Part shown: positions 35,807-50,019 of the stretch, piece after piece
Position numbering within the stretch: position 1 is the stretch's first letter
How the letters are laid out: every line of letters begins with the position of its first letter
Assembly (NCBI RefSeq): GCF_964355755.1
Contig: NC_092677.1
Span: 1,820,101 to 1,884,100, forward strand
Direction of reading: 5' to 3'
Length of the DNA stretch: 64,000 nucleotides
From: Antedon mediterranea
Taxonomy: Eukaryota; Animalia; Echinodermata
Notes under the pieces: model-generated
What the model was told of the DNA's origin: nothing
Seen by the model: only the letters and a program-made list of their open reading frames with translations
Databases searched by the model: none
Program-made: the position numbers and the translations under genes

Positions 35807-38353
35807 ACAAAACAAAAGCCAGAACCCCAAGGCAGCTCATATATAAGTTCATATAATAGTAGTTATTTTAACACTACAAGTGAACCCTATAGTCTTCCCT
35901 CTGGACTAACCTGATTTATCACTGGAGTTCTGAAACAGGCTTAGGGTATATTAGTGGCGTCATGTCCCCCTGGGGTAAGGGTTTTCAATGGAGTCCTTCT
36001 GTCATTTTGAATTTAAATCAATGGGGGTGGTCTAGTGGGATATCACCTGTTATTTTTATTTTTATATTGCTATAAAATATAATAATAATGTTTACATACA
36101 ATGTTCTATTTTACTGTTTTATTGTGACTTTTTGCCACTTGATAGAGGACAAAAATGCACACAATTTGTTATATTATTTCATTTTACTAAACAAATTGGT
36201 GCCTGACTTGCTTACCAACCCAAGGCCATAGCGGGAGGTTACAAATAGACAGGCAAAGATGCTTTAAATATAATTATTAATATTAAATATGATTATCTCT
36301 TCTGGGGAATTGGGTGGGGTGATAAAAATTACAAATTTCAGAAGAGGAGAACACCTTGTCTGCCTTAGGCTGACTACGACCTTGCAACCCTTTACCCCTT
36401 TTACACTGATCTTGAGAGGAGAAACAAGTTGAACCATCCCTATACAAATGATGGTGGCTTTTTAACCCCATTTACATTGTACTTTCCAGGTTCAGCTCAG
36501 TGTTCCAAATAGAGACATTTCCTTAGCAAATTTAAGCCTCAACACATATTTTCTTCTAGTAAATATACCTACAGTACTTTTTCTATTGTTTGTGATTATT
36601 TCTCATTTTTTCTAAAAATATAATGATAATTTTAAAATCTCATTCTCGTTTGTCAGCTTAATAAGTGGTTTTACAAAATAAGTGTAGAATGATGTAGGAC
36701 TGAGTGAATAGTAATCAACAAAACATTAATGTAATTGGTAAAAGGATACCTACAAATGCAACAACATTATTCAAGTCATAGTTGAACACTTCTCAAGTAA
36801 ATCCAAAACTAACCACATAATTGGATACTCCTGGGCTTGGTTTCCATAACAACAATTACACATTGATCTTTATAGGATCCCTTTAAAGTAGGGGTCACAG
36901 AATGTTTCTGTGTGGTCTGTCAAAATTGACGGAAGAACTCATTTAATAAGCACAAACTCAAGTTTACCAGTCAAATATAGAAATTATAGCAGTGTTTACA
37001 ATTGATAATATTTCTTGTCATGCTATCTTACTCTTAGTAACAATAGTAGTACTGTATCCCCTTATAATTAGTATCAATAACTATAAAACAATTTATTAGG
37101 CCTGTACTAGCAGTACTATGGAAAAAAAGTAAAGTGGACTAGTAAATGTTTGCATAATCAAACGACAAATTATCATTACAAAAACAAACTTATTATGCGC
37201 TACACATTGTTTTATAAGTAGCAATGTACTAAATCTTTATTTTTTCTATTCTTTAGATTTATTTTTATTTTTAATTAACATATTTATAACTTCCACAAAT
37301 AACAAGAAACAAAAATAACAACAACAGCAGTAGTAATGACAATAATTACTATAGTAAAAAATAACAACAATTTTAAATGTAATTATGTATATGTTTGTAT
37401 ACTATGATGTAGTATGTTTAAGCGGATATTAGCCCTTGATGGCATTTGCAGCAATAAAGAAATTGAATTGAAGAGTAAAATTTATTTTTTTAGTATGAGG
37501 TTGGAAAGATATCATGTAATAAAGATGTACAGTATAGAAATAAATGTAGTTAGAATGTTTTTTGTTTTAGTGTCCTATAGTTAAGACAAAGAAATAACAT
37601 GGCATTTTAATTAAACATTTTTATTGGATGACTCAGACTTAGTACATTCAAAACTGTTTGCTGCCCTCTTTTATTTTACCAGATTGAAGTCGCCAGCAGA
37701 ATACCTTTCGAGTAAAGTAGAAATTTAAACATGTTGTTTCAAAAGTAATTATGAAACTAATCTGTTAACTATAACTGACAGAAAACTTGAATAGAATCGA
37801 CTGTATGTTCACATTCACAATATTTATTAACATTTAACTCTGTAAATTAACAATATTCTTGAGTACAAATCTTATTTAAATATATGCATAATTTTATGCA
37901 AATTTCCCCTGTTGTCATAAATAACTTAATGTTGAATGTCCTCATTTATTTGAAATTACTAATATGTAATAACACAACAGTATGGAAAATACATCTTCAG
38001 TTTTTCATGTCGAAATTATTTTCCAGTTAATAGTGTCTGACAAAGTTGATTAGTATACAATACAGACAGATTTATTTCTTGTGTGTTGCGTTGTTAAGCA
38101 GTTGTTTAATGTTATTACTGTCCTGTACATTATTAAGCTGTTAGGTATGTTGTGGTTTGAACCAATTCAGCATTTAACATAAATTAGATTTTGGAAAAAG
38201 CAAAAACCCTCAAATAGGTAGTTCTTGTGAGCAAATATGTTTCAAACAGGCAGATTAAGAAAATGATCAAATTTTATAAAATCCTACAGCAACAAAAACA
38301 TACTGTAGGCTACAGCTTAGACAGAGTATTCATTTTTACTAGCATCATCATTA

Positions 38354-39259
38354 CCGTATTTTCCGGAGTATACAGTAGGTCGACCCCAAGTATAAGTCGA
38401 CCCCCAACTTTGGCCTAGAATATCGTTGATTTTGGTATGACCTGAATATAAGTCGACCCCCAAAATCGGCTAATAACACAACTTACTTTAAAGTTCAAAG
38501 AGGGCTAGAAATGTATGAAATGTGGTTATTTGTTTATATTATTAAAGTGTAGGCCTAATCAATATCGGACGGACGTAATGACGACGACTTCGCCGCCGTC
38601 TTCACCAGCCTATAATAAATGACAGCGATGTAGCGTTACTTGCCATCAGCGATGTTTTTCGCGTCACTCGAATAAATTAAAACGAGTTTTCCGTTAGGAT
38701 GCTTATTAATTGTACAGGCGAGTAGTTGTAAATCGCGTTATCTGTAAATGTACACGCGCCCGACTAAGGAGAATTTATTTTATGAATAGACATGCGCAGT
38801 AATTGTAATTACGAACAAACAAACAAACTGCGCATGTGTATAGATGAAAATATCGCGCAATAACAAACATGCTGCATGGACATTCCGACGTCTGTGGTGT
38901 GTGTTACGATGTTTTCGCGAGAGTGAATAAGAAGCATAAAGAAAACTATTTATTCTTAATTATCTTAAAAGCGTAATATTAACATCAAAATGAGTCATTG
39001 TGATATATTAATATTTTATTGACCAGTACTTGTTGGAGTTGTATTATTTTGTACAATGTAGGTATTAAATTGAAAACTTTTGTGAATGATTGATGATAGG
39101 CCACTGACCTTGCTGGGCCTTGACAGCTGTCGGCTTTTGAACATATTTTTTTCGGCCTGATTTTTTTCAAAAATCGCATGGTCGGAGTATAAGTCGACCC
39201 CCCGATTTTGCAATTAAAATTTTCCCACAAAGTCTCGACCTATACTCCGGAAAATACGG
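38354..39259. mobile_element. Non-autonomous Tc1/mariner/pogo-type element, 906 bp
   Basis: TA|CCGTATTTTCCGGAGTATA ... TATACTCCGGAAAATACGG|TA; subterminal TATAAGTCGACCCC repeats; CpG-rich interior; no transposase ORF. Confidence 0.85.
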
Positions 39260-39895
39260 TATGTAATATTGTAATGTTAATGAAAAGTAACTGTATCAAA
39301 GAAGTGTTTATTAGTTGTATTTTCATCATCATACTATTTGTAACATATCTAAAATAATTATTTAGAGCACGGTTATTTAGGCTAGGCATGGTATAACATA
39401 CATGAGAATAGGATAAAAGAGGCCGTCCAGTCTCCTACAGAGCAGCACAGCAAAAGCCTACAGCTTATACATGTTACACACAATGAAAGTTACAGTTCCA
39501 ACTACTAATGCAATTGGATGTGAGGGCCAAGAAAAGAAACCATTTGATTTTGGCCCCCTGGCAGGAAATCGGCAATGCCTTCGGAAAGCTGGTCAATTCC
39601 TCACATTCTTGCCGTAATTAAGAACCGCTCAAATGGCAGACAGTCCGATGATCGGTGGTTTTTGTGACGAATCATCTCGCGTTGTTGATTTTGTAACATG
39701 GTTAATGTCATTGAGATGGGTGTCGAGGTGTTGATACAAGATTAAATTAACAACTTGTCATTTTTATCCATTATGATATTCTAGATTTGACCATTTTGTT
39801 GTTTTTTGTATTCAACCAAAACAAACCATAAATGGATATTATTATGGTTGTTAAAGAATAATTTGTACAGATTATTTTTATGTGGTATTATGTAT

Positions 39896-40278
39896 AATTA
39901 TCATTCATGGAAAATATAGGAATATTTATAACAATATTGAATTTCTTTCTGATTTTATAGAACCAACATGAATGTAGCAATAAAGTTTTGACAATTTCTA
40001 CCTAAATTCAACCAAAAAACAGTTAAAATTGTACCCAAAAAAACAGCAAAAATCCAGAAATGTTGAAAAAATAGTTTAATACAAATTACAGTATGACTAT
40101 CCCATTATCATTCATAGAAAATAGGAATATTTCTAATTTTTTTTTATTGATTTTTTTGTGATTTCACAGAACAAACCTCATGTATATAATACAGTTTTGA
40201 CAATTTTTACCTAAATTCAACATAAAAAAGTTAAAATTTTAACCCCCCAAAAAACAACAAAAATCCAGAAAATGTTGC
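39896..40278. repeat. Diverged tandem duplication of about 200 bp
   Basis: ATTATCATTCAT..GAAAATA..GGAATATTT ... GACAATTT.TACCTAAATTCAAC ... AAAATCCAGAAA appears twice. Confidence 0.75.
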
Positions 40279-41640
40279 TGATTAGCATAGTTTGTTACAA
40301 ACAAACACATTATCTTTTTGAATGTCACTATTTATAACATTAGACATCACATTGGACGATTCGACAACGTTCAATTTGCACGGAATCACGAAATATCTAA
40401 TGGCTTATACCAACTGACAGTATCAAAGCACGCAACCTTCACGTTTTAAGTCGCATGTTCATTTACGGGCTGTGAGCATGTACCGCATAGAATTAAGAAT
40501 TCTTTTGGAATGTAATACTTGTAAATGGCTTTTGCAACAGTCACTATCATAAACGGCTCTGTATTAGATCAACACTGCCCAGTCAGGGGTAGCCTGACCG
40601 TAATGAGAATTGACAAGTAACTAGTTAGAGGCTTGCGTTTGTGTCAGATATTAATACGAAGCCGTTCTTTAGTTACAGTTATTCTACGAAAGGTTGTGTT
40701 AGGCTTATTAGTGTGGTATTACCGATTCATACAATGTTCTTCATACGTCATTAGAAAAGCATTACAAAATAAACATAGATGGTAATGCAGTGTCTTCATC
40801 ATTTGAGTGTTATACAACTTTTGTATATATTTATTCTGTCTTTATACTGAATGACACTTTCAGTGCTGAAGCATTGCTTTCCAAAGTGGTTCAGTAGAGA
40901 AACATTGACAATATAATAACAAATAATTCAAAGACAACTAACACAGTAATTTACTTTAGTACACACACATTTACAATAAGATAACTATCTAAACATACAG
41001 ATATAAAATGGGAAGAATTTAAGAAAAGTATTTTAAAATGTATTTTAAAAGTTTATAGTTAACTTTATTTGTACCAATGTAAACACCAATCAAAAATATT
41101 TTAATATTAGGTACTATTTTTTCATCCTGTCCATTTACTTACAATTTGATCTTACATCTTAATAGAAAGCTGCTGAAAAGTTGTTGAAATTTGGTTGCCA
41201 AGAATTTGTTATTGTTTTTGTTGATGTTGATTGTATTTTATGATGATTGGTTTGTATAGATAGGTAATAACTATTTTTTGCTCTATCTATTATTTCTTCA
41301 ATGTTTGTCTTGTTTGTTTCATTCCCAAGGTTTATTTTGTCTTTCCAATTTTCCTTTTATTTTCAATGAGTTGTAATTTTCAGTAAATTCAAATTCAAAT
41401 TCAACATTTATTTCATCAAATGCCATACAAATAATACAGAGCATAAAATGAGCATCAACCTAGAAGTAAACTTGTCTCAGTTGGCCCTTTAACATGGTTA
41501 CAAAAAAAGTGAGAATATGAAGCTTTAGTAATAATATATAAAAAAAATGAAATGTTTAATATTTAAGTAAAAGAACATTTTAATTTTAAAAGAAATTGTG
41601 ATTAGTAAAACAGTTCCCTAATTGCATAAACTATTGTATA

Positions 41641-41800
41641 CAGTCGACTCTCCGAATACCGGACTCTCTGAAAACCGGACTTCCTGAAAACCAGACTCTC
41701 GGAAAACGGGACTCTCTGAAAACTGGACTCTCTGAAAACCGGAAACTCTTGAGGTCCAAAAGGTCCCAAATTCATTTTTACTATTCCAAATGGAAACCAG
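41641..41800 (+). mobile_element. One end of a TIR element related to the 1544 MITE, with 16-17-bp subterminal repeats
   Basis: TA|CAGTCGACTCTCCGAATACCGG followed by (GGACTCTCTGAAAACC)n. Confidence 0.55.
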
Positions 41801-44800
41801 ACATATATTAGGCCAGCCCAAAGGTGTCCATTGTTGACTAATAATGTTGTTATGTATGGTTATAAAGTACCATATTAACTTACCAAGTTATTATTTACTA
41901 TGACAACTCAGTTTAATTTTTAACAAATAATTTCGACTGACTGCTAGACAGATGATGAAAATGTACAAAAAATGTTAAAACCAGACCACATCTAAGATCT
42001 GGTAAAAGTTTATAAAAGTATTGAGTATTGAACTTGATACAAGCTACATTGAAAGCCTACTTGTGTGTACTTAATATACCATTAAATACTGCAATGACGC
42101 AAGTACTCGTTGACAGCTACTTAAATACTATAAATAAACATGAATTTATTTTCCAGACTCAAAATACCATTTTTTTTTCCATCAATAATAAGTTTAATGA
42201 AATTTTTGAATTAGATATAATCTGTTCTTAATACAGTTATCAATCAATGCAACTATTGATCTCAAAATGGAGAAAGCTATTTTATCACTAAATAAACATT
42301 CAACTTTGATACATACACATCCCTTCCATTTTCTTATAATTTATTTTATTTGGAACAAAATATAACTTATTTCCAATATTAGTCTTTTTATTCTTTAATT
42401 CCTAAATTGGGTAATCTAGTTAAGATTTTCTGTCAACCTTCCTAAAAGTTAACAGGTTATTTATTATTTGCATTTTGAACACCTGTTACAGGTGTCACTA
42501 TAACTGAAATTCAATTATAATATTCTGTAAACATTTTGTTTCGTTTATTTTATTTTATGTATTTTTTTGGAAAAAAAACCGTCTGGGGCTTCTAAATAGA
42601 CAATGAAGCTCTATAGGTCATAAGACAGAAGTCCCAGCTTAAAGTTTACTGACTATTAGTATTATAACTGCTGCTGCTAAGATTGGGTGTGTCATCAATT
42701 ACATACTGTACTGTATCTGTCTTTTTGTAATGTAATTTTTATGACGTCAATGAAGTATAAAGGTTTATTGTTTAGTTTGGCAATAAACAAATCTTTATTG
42801 TTTACTGAAAATGACTCAATTTATATTTATTGATGAAGAGAACTGTTAAAAAAACCAATGAAAATGAAAACATAATTAAAAAGAAAGAAAACAAAAAGCA
42901 CATTATGAGGAAAAAGAAAATAGTTATCTACAAGGTAAAACAAGTTATTCAATAAATTACATAAAACAAAATTTGTAATTTTTATGCAAAAGTAAAATCT
43001 TGCATTCCTATTGGTCCAAAAGAAACTCATTTGCTGACAATAGCCAATAGGAGTTGTTCTATTAACAGTGTTCTGCAAAAGATTGTGATATTAGTTGCAA
43101 GGCTTTAGAATTTAGATACCTAACTAGCTAGGTTGTTTTGTGTGAAAGTCCTCCAGTGACTAGGAATCGTTTGTTGCAATTGTTAAGAAGATTTACCCTG
43201 AATGGTTCTCATTTTAAAAGGATTTATTATAATTGAAAGGACTTGCTCTGAATTCCTAATACACTGTCAAGTGGCTGGATTACCAGAGAAGAAAGAGAGG
43301 ATCTTGCCTTGACTGTAATCAACTCAAACTACTCTAAGCTGTCGTGCCACAAGCATAGACAATTAGTTATTCGTCTAATTGTAAACAACTTTAGTTTAGG
43401 TAGGCCAATACTATTATTATTCATATCTCATTATCATTCATATCTAATTATTACATTGATGTTTATTGATTAAGTTGTTGTAGTAAATCTTAATGTAAAG
43501 TTGTTGTGGTTTCTACTACTAACTACTTGGTTCCAAACTGTTCATACTTTATTTGTTTATCTGTAATAATCTTGTTAACAAATGCATTTCTTTCTACTAT
43601 CTTACTATTTTCCATTTTTTAATATTAGACTAACATCGAATCTTGAATCTTCATTTTTTCCCTACATTCTACCATAGCCTAGCTCCCAGTGAATCTGCTT
43701 TTTTTTAAATGATCTCTTGTTATAATTTTAATACACTGTTCTTTCAAAAACTAGTACCTATACTTAAGTTCAAACTTATTAGTGTACCCTCAAGGTACCG
43801 GTAATTAAAGCAACATTAAATATAAGAGTGTTTTTCCTTCAGTAAAGCTTAACTTTCCTGTGTTTTTTAAAGCCTTGGTTCTATGCCATAATACATTCTA
43901 TATCAAATTTACTTTAGTGACTTGTAGCCTTAGGTAAGTAAATATACATGTTAGTATGAACTTGAAAAACACAGTTCAAGAAACTGCTATCAACTAATAC
44001 TTTTATCAAGATTTAAATATATTATCAATATTTACTTATATTGGATAACACACATGATATTTTAAAGCCTATTGAACAAAGTATATGTCAAGTATGATGT
44101 ATTTATTTATGGGTCTATGATTATTATAAACTATATACTTTATATAACAAAGTTTTGAAGGCAAGACTGGGTAAGTAAACCTTTTTCTTGATGTAAATAA
44201 AGCACTGTTTTTACCTGGTTAATTCTCTGGTGGTTTGCTTGCAATTTCAATAACAATGCTCTACTATATTAAATAATCATGCTTTTAATTCTATCATGGA
44301 GAAAAATACTTTTTCCTTGGGTTTTAACTTACCTGATTGACTATCCCAAGGCCTTTGATTCAATCCTTTTTTTATCCATGATATTTGCTGAAATTCCTGA
44401 ACACTATTCTAAACTCTAACATACAGTACTTTATTCCCTTCCTAAAGAACTAGCATATTGGAAACAATCATATATTGTTTCACTAAAGATTATTAAAACT
44501 AAATGTTAAACTCTGAGTTTTCTCTGAAAAAAATACTGTTTTCGCTGCTAAAAAATAATTGGCTTTCCTGGCCCAGATGTCTGTTTTTCTGCATAAAATG
44601 CCAGGTTTTCTATTTCCCAAAATGTCTTGTTCTCCACTGCTCAAAATGTATCTTTTTTTTCTGCTCACAATGTATATTTTTTTCCTGCCTAGAATGTATG
44701 TTTTTTTCTGCACAAAATGTCTAAAATGCGTTTTACGTACTAGGAAAGAATTTGGAACTTTTTGGACCTAACAGCAATTCTTATTTCAAGCCAAGGATTT

Positions 44801-47010
44801 TTTAATCTTTTTAAAAGGGCACTTCTTCAGAAAATAAGGGGTTTGTTCAAATTCACTAAATTCAATTAATGTGTTTGACATACAATGTAATAATGTTTTC
44901 CATCTAAAGATGTTTTTAACAAGGAAAAGTAGAGAAGATTTAAGAATACAGCTTGAGGTGGAATTGTTGACAATATTTCGTTAAGAAGTTGAATCCGTAT
45001 TGATTTGTACGTATTGTGTTCGTCTAGGCTAGTTAATCCAGATGCAAATCATTAAACAATGCGTACAGGGTTGATAACCTGTGTTCAAATCGCTACAAGA
45101 ATGCTCAAGTATTGATAAATCTAGCCTACAACACCTGAACGGAAGTGTTTTCAAGACAATCAACAGATAGGCATAGACTGATGTGTATGCGAAAGAATTG
45201 ACTTCGCTGATCATGTCCTACTTGTCTGGTACTGCTGATAGTTCATCATTGTTAGCATTGTCTTTGTTAAAATCTGATTTCGATTTCTTTCTGTTTTATA
45301 CTTTTGTTTTATATTGTAATTTACTTTTGAGATTTTTAGTTAAATTTGCATAAAGGTCTGTTCCTATTGGTTTTCTTTTCTACATATTTAGATTTTAAAC
45401 CTACATTTTTATATCTTTCAAAAGATAGTGATATTATATAATAATAATATTGTCATTGATACTAAAATCTTGTATAGTAATAAACAATGACCATTGACAC
45501 TGAAATCTGCAAGATCTAATATAAAAATAAGAATGTTTTCTTTTTGTTATTTACAGTCAATTTTAGGAAAATACCCTTAAACATCTGCAGAATATGGCTG
45601 CCTACCTCTATATCTTTATATCTACAATCATTTATTTATCCTTTTTGTATTATATTGCTTGTTATGATGGAATGCAAAACTTTAAAAAGGTAGATTTATT
45701 TCTTTCAGTCATTTTAAAAGTCGTAAAAGTATCTGTAGATTTTGATTGAGATAGTGATATTGTGTGCAATTAACTGTTGATGGGTTTTGATTGTTAAATT
45801 ACCTAGAACGAGATTAGTAATTCAAATATTTGTTCGATTGAGTAGGTTTTACATGAGAATTGTCAAGTTTTTAAAGTTTACTTGCACTATATGGAATTTT
45901 AAATAGTTCTGACTGTTTGCTTGGCACAAGTTTGATATATTTATTCACAATGCATCTTTGGTAATTCAAATTTATTACTTCTATTTTTATAATAAAATAA
46001 CAGATATTGTTGGAATATTTAAAATATTTGCTATTAAAGTAATGCATTGTTTAAACAATTGAAATTTATATTTCCAAATGAAAAAAGAGAAAGTTTCTTG
46101 TTTGAAATTGCTCGATTACAGTATGTCAGTATGGTATTTGAATTTGTTTTATTTTGCTTAATATTTGATACGAAACTTGGAAGAATAAAAAATAGGGTAA
46201 TTTACATAAGATCATAATGTACACACAGTATAGAGTATGATTTTAAAAGGTGCACTCTTGAGTAACATTTTCTGACTTAGTGGAGCATGGAGTGTGATAT
46301 AAAATTACTGCATGCTACCTGTAGGCAGATAATACAATATAACAAATGATATTAACTTTAAAAATCAATCGTTTGATCTTTGTGATAAGAAGCTGTCTAA
46401 GTATATAAGTTACAAAATTGACATAACATTGGCTAGTCAGGTGTGTCACATGCATGTTTAAGGTGAACTATAAGTGAAGTTCATTAGTAAAATTGTACTA
46501 TGAAATTTAACTTTTGTGAGTCAAAAGCAAAATGTCTCACAAAACAGGTGCTTCCAATCTATTAACTATAAAGCAAATTCAAAAAGTGTTGATAAAAATT
46601 CATAAAAAAATATGATTTGGTTAAGTGTTTATTGTTTGTGCTGTTTGATATTTGCAAGATTTATGACCGTGTGCTGAGGTATTTGCCCTCTGACGCCATT
46701 CTGTAATTCATAGAGTATACCAACATCTGCAATTCATATTTAGTTTTTACTTTCTCTGGGTTTCATTTGTGTTCATAAAAATCAATGGCAGTTTTATCAA
46801 AAGCTGTGATTGTTGGTAAATTTAGGGTTGTTTTATGTTGGTGCCTTGGGGCAAAAAGTGTTGAGGTCTTTTAAATTGTGATGTTAAAGTTTATAACCTG
46901 TAACATTGTTTATATATCTGTTTACTTCATCAGAATTTACTTTTGGAAGAACCAGATTTTGACACAACCAACTCTTTAACTAGATTTAATTTGTCACTAT
47001 GACGAATTAT

Positions 47011-48380
47011 AGGTTATATGCATTGATTTAAATAAAGATAATTGATTTTTAAAATATATATTGATTGATTGATTTTCTCAGAATCTTTAATTATTTATAA
47101 TATATGATAGGACCTTGCTAACGCGAACACTATAGCCGGTATCACAATCCGATCAAAGATCCATATGCGTATAATGTCATAAACCACATTTGTTGTTACA
47201 TAATATGAAAGACATAAGTTAATTTTTATCTAGATTTCATTATAAATCATGTGTATAATCTATACACTAAGAAATAAATTTGAACAATACGGATAATAAA
47301 AAAAAAATCTTATTTCGTTTCCCAAGGTGAGACTCGAACTCGGTACCTTGAATGCCATTGACACGAGCACAGACCATCGAGCCATACACAACTGACTAAA
47401 AGTTGGAGAAAAATTCCTCCGTGTATTTACTATGCAGTAACCACTTTGGTGCAGATAGATTATTACATACCGCAATGAATTATAATGTTTTACTATGATG
47501 ACATCTTTAAAAATTTAAAAAAATGATGCACTGTCAAACTATATACTTTTAACTTTAATATATGAACTTCTTAAGGAAGAAAGTTAACGTTAAGTTTGTT
47601 ATTTTGGCCTAAGAAAATGTTATAATTTGTTTGATTGTCGAAATTAATTTTGTTAAATTTAATATGCCATTAATGATGACTTAATCAACTTTTGTTCTTC
47701 TAATTTCATAATAAATCATACATATGATACATACACTTCAAGAAAATTAAATAAAAAATAGGTGTTCCCGAGCATTCTAACGATATATATTAATTTTAAA
47801 ATTTAGCATATTTTCACCATTTTGTTAACTTACACGTGCGTAGCCCGTCACTTTTGACGTGCTCGTATAACGCTGTTTCGCGTTGAAAAGTGAATAAAAT
47901 ATGATGATATTATTAAAGAAAGGTTATACAACAGTAATCGGACACAAACAGTGCGCATTAACGTTTGACGCGCAGTGCGCGTGCAAAAATCTGCGCACTC
48001 ATGGCAATTTTTTAAATGCTTAAAATTGCCTGAAACGTACTCTAATTTCATCGAAAATAAATTCTGACAATTTTCAACATTTTAAGCGCGCGTACGCATG
48101 CGTTATATGCGCTACGCACGTAATTGTATTGCCATATGATGAAATATGACCTGAAATTTATGAGTACCAAATTTTGTTTAAAAGTGATTCATGTTTGTGA
48201 AGATATGATTACAAACGTGATTTCGTTAAATCGCGCGTAGACCGCGTAATTTTTGATTGCGCATCGTGAAAACATAACCACATCGATTCCTGGCCATAAG
48301 GAATATACTCTGAAAAATTGACTTAGATAGATGAAACTGATGCCAAGATAATTCACGGACAAATAGTGCTAAGGAAAGAA

Positions 48381-48419
<39 letters not shown>

Positions 48420-48467
48420 AGATTTTGACAGAATCAAGAGGTTATATGCATATCATGCATATAACCT
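47011..48467 (+). mobile_element. Helentron-associated (HINE-like) element, about 1.45 kb
   Basis: 5' AGGTTATATGCAT matches the 3' hairpin AGGTTATATGCAT-atc-ATGCATATAACCT (48439-48467), preceded by (AAAT)n; CpG-rich interior. Confidence 0.65.
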
Positions 48468-49038
48468 AATAATTATTGTTATTCTTTTCAACAATTTGCA
48501 TTACACAGTACTACTACTTCTTTTTTCTTAAAAATTTTGAGAAAATCAGTAACTAGGCAGACCATTTTTATTTCTGATTCCTTTTTAACTTGATATACTG
48601 CAGGTCTTTTACGTTCTGCAACTTCTGATGAAGTTTTTAAATTGAGGTTAAGTCTCTGGAAGCTGTTAATTATACTCAGTACTCAGAAGAAAAAAAAAAC
48701 ATTGCTGCATTTTATAGAAGGTAGCAGCCTATTCTGGTTGCTATGCAGTCTGTCACTAGTTGTACTATGTAGTGTTTTTCCCTTGAGTTTAACTTTAAAA
48801 TGACAGTTAGTGTACCAGCCTAGTTTATTGTACCTCTGAGATTGCTTCACCTGCTTTTTAACATACCTCTACAAACAACCAACATTCATCACTTTTGAAG
48901 GGTTTTATTTGTCCTGGCTTATGCAAACTTTTTAGTAATAAACTTTGATATGATTTTTTATGACTTTTTAAAAAATATTCCTGAAAAAATAAGTTCACTG
49001 CACTATTTTTGTATTTTGCTGTTTTGCCTGCAGTTGTC

Positions 49039-49095
49039 TATAAACCATGGAGGAACACCTCCATGTCTAAACCATATATTCTCCAATGTCTAAAC
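49039..49095. mobile_element. Tandem double P/Galileo-type footprint
   Basis: TATAAAC-CATGGAGG aaca CCTCCATG-TCTAAAC-CATATATTCTCCAATG-TCTAAAC. Confidence 0.6.
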
Positions 49096-49907
49096 CAACG
49101 CCCTTGGTATATCTGCAGGACATCTGCCTATGATTGGTGAAGACATCAGATTTGTAATAAAGTCATCATTTTACACCAATTTGTTCAATGTATGAAAGAT
49201 TAATGTTACTTAGTCTCTCATCAATTGAATAATGATGCCTGTTGTTATAATTCTATGATCTAACTGTAATTTAGGTAATTAATTTTGACCTCTTTGGAGG
49301 TCATTAGTCCTGTATTTCATTGACATTTCCTATTTTATCTTTGAAGGATGTATTTACATTTTCAGTTTTTACTAAAATGTTTATGAACAATTATTACTAT
49401 GATGAAATGCAGCAAATATTCATATCATTCCAATTTCTTCTTTATGTTCTAGTCATTCAATTATGTCTTTATTCTACATTTCTTTAATAGTAAAGAAAAG
49501 CTTTATACAGTACAGTACTGTAAAAGTTTAATTCTGAACTAAAGTGCCAATCAGTAAATGTTCCTGTAACATATGTTGATTTATTTGACCTTTCCCTTGG
49601 GCTAGAGGTAGTTGACACTGCTATCTGATGCGAAATAACACTTTTTATTTGAATGGTATCCAACACCAGAATCTGAAAGTTTAACATATCATATTTTATT
49701 TGGGTGTACACAATACTTGCTTTCACTTTAATTAACTCTGGTACCACAATACTTCCTGGTTGTTTTAAACAAAATGCGAACAAACTAGAGAATGGATTTA
49801 GTAGAAATACAATAATTGAGATGCTCTATATAGTAGATTTTGTATGAACAAAATGATTACTGTATTATAAATGGTCAATGGTTGGTTTGTATCTGTCTTG
49901 TCTCTTA

Positions 49908-50019
49908 GTCTACACTATCAAACTTTATGCGACAACAAAATGTATATATGGACATAATGATGTCATATCATATTTGGGCATATCACACTTTTTTTGTCAC
50001 ACTAGTTTGATAGTGTAGA
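49908..50019. mobile_element. Short MITE
   Basis: GTCTACACTATCAAACT ... AGTTTGATAGTGTAGAC inverted termini. Confidence 0.65.

Noticed and set aside
40320-45290. Foreign genes using a code with TAA/TAG=Gln and TGA=Trp (also considered at 60770-61140)
   Set aside because: Some frames read protein-like when stops are filled, but alternative frames read equally well and stop counts are compatible with chance in AT-rich DNA; unsupported without a homology search
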